DNA from: Fibrobacterales bacterium
GTDB taxonomy: Bacteria; Fibrobacterota; Fibrobacteria; Fibrobacterales; JAOPTW01
Assembly: GCA_051532055.1 (NCBI GenBank)
Contig: JAOPTX010000042.1
Location: forward strand, 53,730-117,729
Length of the DNA stretch: 64,000 bases
Direction of reading: 5' to 3'
The notes below the pieces were generated by a model. That model was not told the origin of the DNA. It worked only from the letters and a program-made list of their open reading frames with translations, and did not search any database. Shown one piece after another: positions 43,162 to 53,434 of this stretch (positions are counted from its first letter, which is position 1; each line of letters starts with the position of its first letter). The position numbers and the translations under genes were made by a program.

Positions 43162-44364
43162 ATCAGTGATACGGAAGAGCAACTCAATACTAAAAATTGG
43201 TTTGAACTGGATTGGCAGAAAGAACTAAAAAATAACATCACAACAATTGATGAATTGAAACTCTATATAGACTTGTCAGACGAGGTAGAGACCGAGTTGA
43301 GGGAGGTTGTCCAAAAGCACCCAATGAATATCCCGCGCTACTATTTGAATCTTATAGATAGGTCCGATGTAAACGACCCTATTAAAAAGCTCGCTGTTCC
43401 TAGTGCAGATGAACTTACTATAATGGGAAGCATGGGTGAAACCACTAAAGATCCGTATGGTGATGACAAGCACAATAAAGGAAATGGTATTTTACATAAA
43501 TACCCATATTCTGCATTGATTGTAGCCACAGATTATTGTTCTATGTATTGTCGACACTGTTTTAGAAAAGCAATTGTTGGACTCCCCAATGATAAGACTG
43601 TCGAAAACTTTCAAAAAGCCACCGAATACATTCGGGAACATACCGAAATAACAAATGTTGTGATCTCAGGTGGCGACCCTTTGCTTATAGGTACAAAGCG
43701 GCTAAAGAAAATGCTTGATTGTTTACTCGATATTGACCATGTCAATTACGTGCGTATTGGGACGCGAACCCCAGTAGTGTATCCTATGAGATTTTTTGAC
43801 GATGAATTGATGGAGTACCTTAAAGAGTTTAATAAAAAGAAAACACTCTATATTCCAACCCACTTTAATCATGCTCATGAGATTACTGAAGCAGCAACTG
43901 CTGCCATACTTAAAATTAGAGAGGCGGGTATAACCGTCAATAATCAGGCCGTTCTTCTTAAAGGGGTGAACGATAGTGTTGAAGCTATAGAAAATCTTAT
44001 GAATGGCCTCACTAAAATTGGGGTCAACCCGTACTATCTCTATCAATGTATGCCGGTCACTCGGGTGCGTCATCATTTTCAAGTACCTCTAAAAGTTGGT
44101 GTTGATATCGTTGATACCGCCCGTCAAACATTGGATGGGTACGCTAAGCGGTTTAAATTTATCATGGGTCACGACAGTGGTAAAATTGAAATTTGTGGCA
44201 GAATAGAAGACAAACTCATACTCAAACAAATTCATTCACGTCCTGATCAGCCTGACATGGCAAGCCGTATGATGATAATGCAATTTGATGATAAGGCGGG
44301 TTGGATGGATGATATGCAAGAGATATCATTAAGTAAAACCCCTACAGAAGTGGAATCTACTTAA
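43162..44364 (+). CDS. KamA-family radical SAM protein (lysine 2,3-aminomutase-like)
   Basis: HKYP...CSMYCRHCFRK; ISGGDPL; RIGTRTPV; NQAVLLKGVND; PYYLYQC. Frame is open upstream of track start 43255 to an ATC at 43162 behind GAGGT. Confidence 0.88.
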   Translation: MSDTEEQLNTKNWFELDWQKELKNNITTIDELKLYIDLSDEVETELREVVQKHPMNIPRYYLNLIDRSDVNDPIKKLAVPSADELTIMGSMGETTKDPYGDDKHNKGNGILHKYPYSALIVATDYCSMYCRHCFRKAIVGLPNDKTVENFQKATEYIREHTEITNVVISGGDPLLIGTKRLKKMLDCLLDIDHVNYVRIGTRTPVVYPMRFFDDELMEYLKEFNKKKTLYIPTHFNHAHEITEAATAAILKIREAGITVNNQAVLLKGVNDSVEAIENLMNGLTKIGVNPYYLYQCMPVTRVRHHFQVPLKVGVDIVDTARQTLDGYAKRFKFIMGHDSGKIEICGRIEDKLILKQIHSRPDQPDMASRMMIMQFDDKAGWMDDMQEISLSKTPTEVEST

Positions 44365-45148
44365 CGATAAATTCACCGCGCCGTGAGCTCTCAAAGAGCT
44401 CTTTAAAGCGCCCGCTTTTTTTTAAGCTCTTTAATCCTTTATTAAAGAGCGTTAAAAGTCGTTTGTTGTTTGGAACTTTTTTAGACATAAGCATAACCAC
44501 AGGTTCCGAATACAACGGCGTCTTGTGGTGAGTTAGACGCGCCGCTTGCTCCGGGGTGAAGTTTTTATGAATCAAAGAGTACCCAAAATTCAGGTCAACA
44601 GGAAATGCAGATATTCTGCCACTCAATAATTTTTTGAAATTAAGTAATTCACTACTGGTACGGTCAACAGTAATAAGACCTGACTTTTCTGCCTTTTCAA
44701 ACTCATCTAAATAATTATAATAATAAACTCCACCTAATGCTTTACCAGAAAGATCATTGATCGTTTGCCAATCAAATAGAGTGTCTTTTAGATGAAAAAA
44801 AACCATACTTTCATCCATAAATGAGTCAGTAAAATAGAAATGGGTTTTCCGCTCTTCTACAGGTGACCAGCCGGGAGTAGCATCTTTGGTTCCATGTTCT
44901 ACTTCCAATAGAGCTCGTTGCCAGGGCTCATACTCAAATTGTACTGTTATACCTTCAAGTTCAAAAGCCTCTACTATGATTTGAGCGATAACACCATCAT
45001 TTTTTAAATCTTTTGATATATAGGGGTCCCATTCACCAACAGCAATTGATATAGAATTTTGTGCCAATAGAGGGGAAGTAGCGAGCATCACTATACTGAA
45101 ACAATGAATTAACTTTAATCTAAAACACATAATACTCTTTAGGCTCAC
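44357..45148 (-). CDS. Periplasmic substrate-binding protein (family 3-like)
   Basis: GEWDPY; PWQRAL; NFKKLLSGRI; FNKGLKSLKKSG. Confidence 0.85.
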   Translation of the reverse strand: MSLKSIMCFRLKLIHCFSIVMLATSPLLAQNSISIAVGEWDPYISKDLKNDGVIAQIIVEAFELEGITVQFEYEPWQRALLEVEHGTKDATPGWSPVEERKTHFYFTDSFMDESMVFFHLKDTLFDWQTINDLSGKALGGVYYYNYLDEFEKAEKSGLITVDRTSSELLNFKKLLSGRISAFPVDLNFGYSLIHKNFTPEQAARLTHHKTPLYSEPVVMLMSKKVPNNKRLLTLFNKGLKSLKKSGRFKELFESSRRGEFIVK

Positions 45149-45418
45149 ATTAATCTACTGTTAATAGTATATCATATTATTTTAAAGTTTGGTATTCAAT
45201 TACCTCAGCTGTAAAAGACCACAACAACATAATGTGAACATTAACTCAGCATCACAAAAACCTCTCCCCTCAAACACCTAAACTAAACGAGTCAGATATC
45301 TAGATTTAAAAAAAATCAAGACCTTTAGATATGCCAATTCCGGCATCGTATTATTGTAGTAACATTTCTCCCCTTAAGCATTTATACAATACACACACAA
45401 CAAAGGAAACAATTACCT

Positions 45419-47614
45419 ATGAAAAGTATCTATGAATTATCGAAATTCAAACAAATACTACTTCTGATTATGATTTCACAGATGGCTCTTTTTGCTCAAT
45501 CTGTTAAAACGTCTGAAGTAGATGTTGTCATTAAAACCACTTGTGGGACAGAAACACTCTGTGCCTGTAAGCTTGATGATGGCCATATCCGTCTTATTTT
45601 TGACGATGCAACAACACACTCTGACCCACGCTTTTATGTAGGGGAAGGGTCTATTGGTTCTGTGGGGTTGTATCATGCAAATGAACGGCCAACATCTACT
45701 GATGGCACTGCAAGCTTTTATGATGATCTCGACCATGATTATTCTGGGGGCACTGTTCATTTCAATGTGTTCGCAGACAATATGTGGTCACCTGGAACAG
45801 GAGGTACGGATTTTGCCTATTTTGATAAATCATCATTAAACCTTTGTTCAGGGCCAATAAGCTCATCTTCACAAATGAGCAGTAGTTCACAACCGTCTTC
45901 ATCTTCTGTAATCAGTTCATCATCCGTCATCAGCTCCTCTTCTGTAGTGAGCAGTAGTTCAGTTGTTTCATCATCATCGGTAATAAGCAGTAGCTCGGTA
46001 CTATCAAGTTCAAGCACTATTCCAGGTTCAGAATGTGGTACAGAGTCACTCTGTGCATGTAAACTTGACGATGGTACCGTACGTGTTATTTTTGATAACC
46101 AATCTCCATTTGTAGACCCTCGGTTCTTTATGGGTAAAGGTGGCGTAGGCTCTAATGGTTTATATCATGCAAATGCGACTGCAACATCGACATCAGGAAC
46201 AGCGTTCTACTTTGATGAAGATGATCATGACTATACAGGGAGCACCATCCATTTCAATGCCTTTGCCGAAGGATCATGGCATCCAGGTGTTGGAAGTACT
46301 CAAATGATTTATGTTGATGAAACAGCAATGAACCTCTGTTCAGGCCCTGTAAGCTCATCTTCACAAATGAGTAGTAGTTCACAACCATCATCATCTTCTG
46401 TAATCAGTTCATCATCAGTCATCAGCTCCTCTTCTGTAGTGAGCAGTAGTTCAGTTGTTTCATCATCATCAGTAATAAGCAGTAGCTCGGTACTATCAAG
46501 TTCAAGCACTATTCCAGGTTCAGAATGTGGTACAGAGTCACTCTGTGCATGTAAACTTGACGATGGTACCGTACGTGTTATTTTTGATAACCAATCTCCA
46601 TTTGTAGACCCTCGGTTTTTTATGGGTAAAGGTGGCGTAGGCTCTAATGGTTTATATCATGCAAATGCGACAGCAACATCGACATCAGGAACTGCGTTCT
46701 ACTTTGATGAAGTTGATCATGACTATACAGGGAACACCATCCATTTCAATGCGTTTGCTGAAGGATCATGGTATCCTGGTGTTGGAAGTACTCAAATGAT
46801 TTATGTCGATGAGACAGCAATGAACCTCTGTTCAGGCCCTGTAAGTTCATCATCACAAATGAGTAGCAGTTCACAGACATCATCATCTTCGGTTGTTAGT
46901 TCATCATCCGTCATCAGCTCTTCTTCGGTTGTAAGCAGTAGCTCGGTTATTTCTTCTTCATCGGTACTGTCTAGTTCAAGTTCACTTCCTGGAGCTGCAT
47001 GCGGTACAGAAACTATCTGTGCTTGTGCACTCGGTAATGGTAATGTTCGTATACTTCTTGATAACGAAATGACCTATTCTGATCCTCGATTTTTTATTGG
47101 CGAAGGTAATGTTGGTTCAACAGGTCTCTATTTTGCAAATGCAAGAGCATCGTCAAATACGGGAACCGTCTACGCCTTCGATGAAACAGCGCATAACTAT
47201 ACAGGGAAATATGTGCATTTCAATATTTTTGCTGATGGACAGTGGTTCCCAGGGGCAAGTGGTTCTGAAATGCTCTTTGTTGAACACGCTTCACTTTCTC
47301 AGTGTGTTACCGGTGGCAATGGTCCTGTAGTATTGACGAAACCAGGAACTATAGCACCAATACTGAAAAGTTCATTTATTTCTGAAATTCACTCAGTTAC
47401 ACAATCTGGCTTAACCTACAGTGCTACACAAGATGCCGTAAGTAGCGTGCAAGTCTTTACCATTAATGGTACGAAAATTGTGGGAATGAACTATGCTCAA
47501 CAAGCGGGATTAAATGAACTTTCATTTAGTCGTTCACTTGATAATGGTATCTATTATTTGAAAATAACTCATGGTGCAGCAGTACCATTTAAGCACCTCT
47601 TTTACATTAAATAG
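45419..47614 (+). CDS. Secreted protein with four Cys-containing repeat modules, Ser-rich linkers and T9SS-like C-terminal domain
   Basis: 4x CGTE.(L/I)CAC.L..G.(I/V)R...DPRF; C-terminus VQVFTINGTKI...LDNGIYYLKI. Confidence 0.85.
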   Translation: MKSIYELSKFKQILLLIMISQMALFAQSVKTSEVDVVIKTTCGTETLCACKLDDGHIRLIFDDATTHSDPRFYVGEGSIGSVGLYHANERPTSTDGTASFYDDLDHDYSGGTVHFNVFADNMWSPGTGGTDFAYFDKSSLNLCSGPISSSSQMSSSSQPSSSSVISSSSVISSSSVVSSSSVVSSSSVISSSSVLSSSSTIPGSECGTESLCACKLDDGTVRVIFDNQSPFVDPRFFMGKGGVGSNGLYHANATATSTSGTAFYFDEDDHDYTGSTIHFNAFAEGSWHPGVGSTQMIYVDETAMNLCSGPVSSSSQMSSSSQPSSSSVISSSSVISSSSVVSSSSVVSSSSVISSSSVLSSSSTIPGSECGTESLCACKLDDGTVRVIFDNQSPFVDPRFFMGKGGVGSNGLYHANATATSTSGTAFYFDEVDHDYTGNTIHFNAFAEGSWYPGVGSTQMIYVDETAMNLCSGPVSSSSQMSSSSQTSSSSVVSSSSVISSSSVVSSSSVISSSSVLSSSSSLPGAACGTETICACALGNGNVRILLDNEMTYSDPRFFIGEGNVGSTGLYFANARASSNTGTVYAFDETAHNYTGKYVHFNIFADGQWFPGASGSEMLFVEHASLSQCVTGGNGPVVLTKPGTIAPILKSSFISEIHSVTQSGLTYSATQDAVSSVQVFTINGTKIVGMNYAQQAGLNELSFSRSLDNGIYYLKITHGAAVPFKHLFYIK
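45839..46900 (+). repeat. Intragenic tandem duplication, 492-bp period
   Basis: AACCT(T/C)TGTTCAGG recurs at 45839, 46331 and 46823; modules 2 and 3 nearly identical. Confidence 0.9.
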
Positions 47615-47662
47615 AAAATGTGTAAAAGAATAAATTTTGAATAAAAAAATAAATAAGTAAAT

Positions 47663-47699
47663 AAGCTCACTATGATATATCCTTGATCATAGTGAGCTT
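47663..47699. terminator. Terminator between convergent genes
   Basis: AAGCTCACTATGAT...ATCATAGTGAGCTT. Confidence 0.75.
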
Positions 47700-47733
47700 T
47701 TGCATAGAAGGGATTTTATTAGTATCAGTATGA

Positions 47734-49323
47734 TTAAGGCCTGAGATCCACTTGTTCTTGCCAGTTACTGGTATTAACACCGTACATTCCATTCATAAAC
47801 ATAAGATCAGCGTGATGATCATTACCGGATGCATCGGTTACTCTATGAGCGTAAATAGGATTGTAATTAAAGTCATAACTCGCTACGAGCTTATCAGTAT
47901 CAGATAAATGATCGGTAGTACTATACAAGTTATTGAGCAGTTCTTCACTCGATAGAGCCCTATTCCAAATTCGAATATTATCCATTTCACCGAGTACACG
48001 CCCTTCAGTTATTTTGGAATTTGTTCCCAAAAAGTTGTGAGAGCGACTTGTTACTGTTGGGATTAATGATATATCTTCTTGAACTTCTTTCTCCAATACA
48101 CCATTCACATACATTGAAAGAGTACCTGTTGGTGTGAGGGTTACCGCTACTTGTGTCCAAAGGCCAATATGAATGACAGAATCAAGCTTTTCCTGCTGCA
48201 TTTCACTGTTAATGTTACAGAAACTTTCATTACATACCGAATACGTCAATGATCCTACAGTATTATCAAGTGTTACCCCTAATGAAATCATATATTCATA
48301 ATCCGATCCTCTAGATAGGTGTATCATATGAGTATTATCTTCAATCAAGTCAAATTTAACCCAGAGCTCGAAGGTGAGTCCATAGCTCATCCAATCATAC
48401 TCAAAATCAGTATTAATATCAATAAATTCATTACCACCATTTAAATGAATAATTTCTGTAGTATCTAAGTAGTAGTTAGATGACTCCATAACCAATTCTG
48501 AGGATGATACTAATGCAATTGAAGAGGATGATTGCTCCTCGGATGAAGACACAACCGATGAAGAACTATTATCTGACGAGGACAATGGCGTCGCAATAAC
48601 CGATGAAGAAGTTTGAGAAGCAACTTCGGACGAAGAGGATTCAATCGATGATAGCGAAAGTGATTGGCTACTACTTTCTTTATACTCAAGGATGATATTT
48701 TCATCTGGACTTATAGTCATTTCGTCAATTCCTATAGTTACATCAAAAGACTTTGTTGATGAATAATACTTTGGAATAGGGTAGACTCCAGGAGGAATTG
48801 ATGTAAATTCAACTGTTCCAAGGCTATCATTCATAACTGTAACACCACTAGAAAATGTGGTATTCAAAATATAAAGCCTTCCCTCTGTTTCCAATTTGTG
48901 TAATGGTATTTTTATTGTAACCGTACTGGTAGGGAGAAGGGTGTCTACAAAAGATATCAGTGAATCTGATGTCATAATTATATTTGAACGGTAATGACCA
49001 ATGGTATATGATTTATTACGAATTTCGATTGCATAAGTACCGGAGTCGACATCAGAAAACTCATAATAACCCAATTCATCAGTTTCTGTAGTTGTTCTTT
49101 GTATTTCGAAACTATCTACTATTGGATTATAATTTGCAGGAATCAGTGACACCTGAGCATTTGGCTCTAATTCACCGGAGGGAGAATGGAGTACCCCAGC
49201 AAATTTTCCACCGGTTTCAATATCAGTAATACCACTTGTAGTTCCCTCATCTGAGAGCGAACAACTCGTGAGTGCTAGGCTTAATACTATTGGAATACTT
49301 ACAAAACATTTCAATTTAAACAT
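47734..49323 (-). CDS. Lipoprotein with carboxypeptidase-regulatory-like and LamG domains
   Basis: Lipobox LTSC; TETDELGYYEFSDVDSGTY; WTQVAVT...MYVNG...GEMDNIRIWNRALS. Confidence 0.82.
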   Translation of the reverse strand: MFKLKCFVSIPIVLSLALTSCSLSDEGTTSGITDIETGGKFAGVLHSPSGELEPNAQVSLIPANYNPIVDSFEIQRTTTETDELGYYEFSDVDSGTYAIEIRNKSYTIGHYRSNIIMTSDSLISFVDTLLPTSTVTIKIPLHKLETEGRLYILNTTFSSGVTVMNDSLGTVEFTSIPPGVYPIPKYYSSTKSFDVTIGIDEMTISPDENIILEYKESSSQSLSLSSIESSSSEVASQTSSSVIATPLSSSDNSSSSVVSSSEEQSSSSIALVSSSELVMESSNYYLDTTEIIHLNGGNEFIDINTDFEYDWMSYGLTFELWVKFDLIEDNTHMIHLSRGSDYEYMISLGVTLDNTVGSLTYSVCNESFCNINSEMQQEKLDSVIHIGLWTQVAVTLTPTGTLSMYVNGVLEKEVQEDISLIPTVTSRSHNFLGTNSKITEGRVLGEMDNIRIWNRALSSEELLNNLYSTTDHLSDTDKLVASYDFNYNPIYAHRVTDASGNDHHADLMFMNGMYGVNTSNWQEQVDLRP

Positions 49324-49331
49324 ATTACTCT

Positions 49332-50162
49332 CTACTCTTCGTGGTGATCACTTAATGGAAACAGGTTTATATTCAACATATAGACTTGTTCTGCTACTGT
49401 GGTATTAAGGGCAAGTTTCATGAGTTTTGAACGACAATCTCTTATAATATCAACGGCTTGAGAATAACTCTCTTTGGTCACACTCATTGTTGTTGAGGAT
49501 GATAGGCGTTGTCTTGGTTTCCAGCGATCAAATGACGCAATGGCCATTTGAAGCATCTCAATTTGATAATTTACTACTTGGTGAGAACTGAAATTATTCT
49601 GATGACTACTGCTGAGAACTGGTTCAGTCTGTACAAATACGTCATTGTCATGTGTCAAAAATCCAAGTTTTAAAAGAAGTTCTACTGAATCCTGAGCTGC
49701 CTTAGCAGGAATAGATGGTTTTAAAAACTGCCCAAGGGCTGCGTAGTTTCCTTTAAAGTCATATATAAGAACCGCTTCACGAATTGCACTATGATACCAT
49801 TGAGAGAGGTACTCAAACTGTTCTTCTTTTAGATGTTTAATATTTCTGATTTTCTGTTGCTCAATAATTTTTTCAAAAAAGATCTGCTGTGCTTTTACTG
49901 ACTTCGCTTGATTAAAAGATACGAGATTTTCAAAGTACTCAGCTTCTTCATCGCCGAGTGCAAATGCGATACAGGTCTTTAAAATAGTTTCTTTTGTAAG
50001 GTTTCTCTTTCCCTTAACAACCTGAGTGTAGAATGAAGTAGAGTTGATGCCAGCTTTTTGAGCGTAATAGCGCCATGAGAAAGAACGATTTTGAGTAGAC
50101 TTCATCGCTTGATGGTCTCTTAAAAAAAGTCGATAGTCAGAATAATCATATACTGAAATCAT
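49332..50162 (-). CDS. TIGR02147-family protein (N-terminal HTH)
   Basis: VYDYSDYRLFLRD...FSWRYYAQKAG...GKRNL...YFENLVSFNQAK...WYHSAIRE...VYMLNINLFPL. Confidence 0.88.
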   Translation of the reverse strand: MISVYDYSDYRLFLRDHQAMKSTQNRSFSWRYYAQKAGINSTSFYTQVVKGKRNLTKETILKTCIAFALGDEEAEYFENLVSFNQAKSVKAQQIFFEKIIEQQKIRNIKHLKEEQFEYLSQWYHSAIREAVLIYDFKGNYAALGQFLKPSIPAKAAQDSVELLLKLGFLTHDNDVFVQTEPVLSSSHQNNFSSHQVVNYQIEMLQMAIASFDRWKPRQRLSSSTTMSVTKESYSQAVDIIRDCRSKLMKLALNTTVAEQVYMLNINLFPLSDHHEE

Positions 50163-50315
50163 ACGGGGTATCTCACATTGTCTCTATCTTTTTGCTCTGC
50201 TAATCTATTCATTATACCTAAATTCCGCTTTTATTTACAACTACTAAAAAACAATAGATCTGAATCATTCTTAAAAATTAGAGTAAATTCAGATCTATTA
50301 GTCCGTTATATGAGT

Positions 50316-50546
50316 TCAAATAAGTGTAGTGATACTTGCGTACGAAACGACAAGTGCAATTATTCCAATAAATGAGTATTGGATGAGGTCGATTAATATT
50401 TCTTCTGCTTTACTCATAGAAGTATCCTCTTTTGACAACAGTTGAGTGTTTGCTGTAGGTGCTTTTCTCATGGTGCGAGTCTTTGTTGTTGTTGTCATAG
50501 GTATAATATATAGTCGAACAGTGCTGAGAGGAATATTTGTGTACAC
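50316..50546 (-). CDS. Possible small membrane protein
   Basis: Short ORF with a C-terminal hydrophobic helix; start uncertain. Confidence 0.35.
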   Translation of the reverse strand: MYTNIPLSTVRLYIIPMTTTTKTRTMRKAPTANTQLLSKEDTSMSKAEEILIDLIQYSFIGIIALVVSYASITTLI

Positions 50547-50560
50547 AAGTGATCACATTC

Positions 50561-50642
50561 CGGTTACAGTTGTAACCGCTATTGGCTCATATAGCTGTTA
50601 AACGTTGTTTTTGATGATTAAAGCGGTTACAAGGCGTAACCG
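50561..50642. promoter_or_regulatory. Pair of palindromic operator-like sites
   Basis: CGGTTACAGTTGTAACCG (50561-50578) and CGGTTACAAGGCGTAACCG (50624-50642). Confidence 0.55.
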
Positions 50643-50763
50643 TGATTGAGCTCTATTATCGGAATTATGTGAAACTGTTTTGATTAAAAAGTATATCATC
50701 CACAAATAAATAAAATTACTCAAGGTGAAAATGAAAGATGTGCTACAATACTACAGATAGTAC

Positions 50764-51891
<1,128 letters not shown>

Positions 51892-51941
51892 ATTAGACCT
51901 AAATAGAAAGGGGAAACAAAATAAATGTAATTAAATTGGCG

Positions 51942-52763
51942 TTAAATACCGTACATGACCCGGGTATTTTCTCTGCATGCAGTGTAGACAGTTTCGAGTG
52001 AGATCTTTTTGACTTCAGCGATCATTTCTGCTATGTGTGGAATCATTCCAGGATGTGCCTTTTTACCTCTAAAAGGAATGGGAGCCATATATGGGCCATC
52101 GGTTTCTAGAAGAATTTGATCCATAGGGAGCCATTCAAGCGCTTCACGAATAGAATCGGAGTTTTTAAAGGTTATAACACCAGTGAATCCAAAAAAGAGT
52201 CTTTTTTTAAGAGATATAAGTGATTTCATAAAAGTAAGATCACCAGTATAACAGTGAATATGAGTAGGAATGGTGTCGGGAAGGTGCTCTTTTAAAATTG
52301 TAAGTGTATCCTCTTCAGCTTCTCGAGTGTGAATAAGAATTGGTTTGTTAAGAGATGCTGCGGCTTTTAATTGTTTAATGAAAATTGCGATTTGGACATC
52401 ACGTGGAGAAAAGTCATAATGATAGTCCAGTCCCATTTCACCCCAAGCAACAACCTTTTTAAGAGCCATAGCTGCAACCAGTTTTTCGTGTACCGTATCA
52501 GTATACTCTTTTGCATCATGAGGATGTATCCCTAAGGCTCCAAAGACTTCAGGGCATGATTGAATAATACTCAGTCCAAAGTCAAGAGTTGCCGTCTCAC
52601 ACGATACATTAATAGCCCCTTCATATTCGGAAGGGAAAAGCTCCTTGAGTTTATTGTAGTGGGTTAAAACTGTTTCAGGAGAAATATCTGTGATCATCTC
52701 CTGGTTATCAAGATTCATTTTAGCGATTATGGAGTCAATATGGCAATGGGTATCAATATACAT
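51942..52763 (-). CDS. tatD: TatD-family nuclease
   Basis: IDTHCH; GIHPH; GEMGLDY; IHTREA; HCYTG; LLETDGPY. Confidence 0.92.
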   Translation of the reverse strand: MYIDTHCHIDSIIAKMNLDNQEMITDISPETVLTHYNKLKELFPSEYEGAINVSCETATLDFGLSIIQSCPEVFGALGIHPHDAKEYTDTVHEKLVAAMALKKVVAWGEMGLDYHYDFSPRDVQIAIFIKQLKAAASLNKPILIHTREAEEDTLTILKEHLPDTIPTHIHCYTGDLTFMKSLISLKKRLFFGFTGVITFKNSDSIREALEWLPMDQILLETDGPYMAPIPFRGKKAHPGMIPHIAEMIAEVKKISLETVYTACRENTRVMYGI

Positions 52764-52844
52764 GAGATTCTTACGATCAAAGGTTCTATAGTGAGTAAAT
52801 GTAATAACTAACAGAAAAGCTGTGAATAAAGTCTTTTCCTATAC

Positions 52845-53339
52845 CTAGAGAAATTCCACTTCTGATACGGTGTATTCCACGGCACCTCTCGGTGTGTTTA
52901 CAGTTACCGTATCACCAGCAACCTTAAACATGAGTTCTTTACCCATGGGTGAATCCATTGAAATACGGCCATTGATGGCATCCACTTCAGCTGAACCAAC
53001 AAGAGTGTATGTCGAAGATTTCCCAGTATTTTTACTGAGAAGCGTGGCTGTTGCTCCAAATCGAATTTTTCCATCATCAGATTTTACGGCATCAACGATT
53101 ATCGAACCATCTAAAATACGATCAAGTTTTTTGAGACGCTGATCAATGTCACGAAGTCTCATTTTACCATAAGTATACGCAGCATTCTCAGATCGATCTC
53201 CTTCAGCAGCAGCAGCTTGTACCTGACGCTTCATTTCAGGACGTTGCACAAACTTCAAGTCATGCCATTCGGCCTTTAGGGTCTCAAATCCTGCTCTACT
53301 CAGGTGATTATCGGGTTTCATGTATAAGTCTAATTTCAA
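52845..53339 (-). CDS. greB: Transcription elongation factor GreB (GreA/GreB family)
   Basis: AAAEGDRSENAAYTYGKMRLRDID; ISMDSPMGKELM; ATG 53320 is an alternative start. Confidence 0.85.
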   Translation of the reverse strand: MKLDLYMKPDNHLSRAGFETLKAEWHDLKFVQRPEMKRQVQAAAAEGDRSENAAYTYGKMRLRDIDQRLKKLDRILDGSIIVDAVKSDDGKIRFGATATLLSKNTGKSSTYTLVGSAEVDAINGRISMDSPMGKELMFKVAGDTVTVNTPRGAVEYTVSEVEFL

Positions 53340-53434
53340 TGTTACGGTCTAAATATAGCCAGAAATTCTGTGTTACGAGGGAATCAAATATTCAATTCCC
53401 CGTTGCTACATTCTAAGAGAATTGAGGTGTTGTC

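Noticed and set aside
45817..46509. Two near-identical 66-aa minus-strand ORFs
   Set aside because: Antisense reading of duplicated Ser-rich linkers
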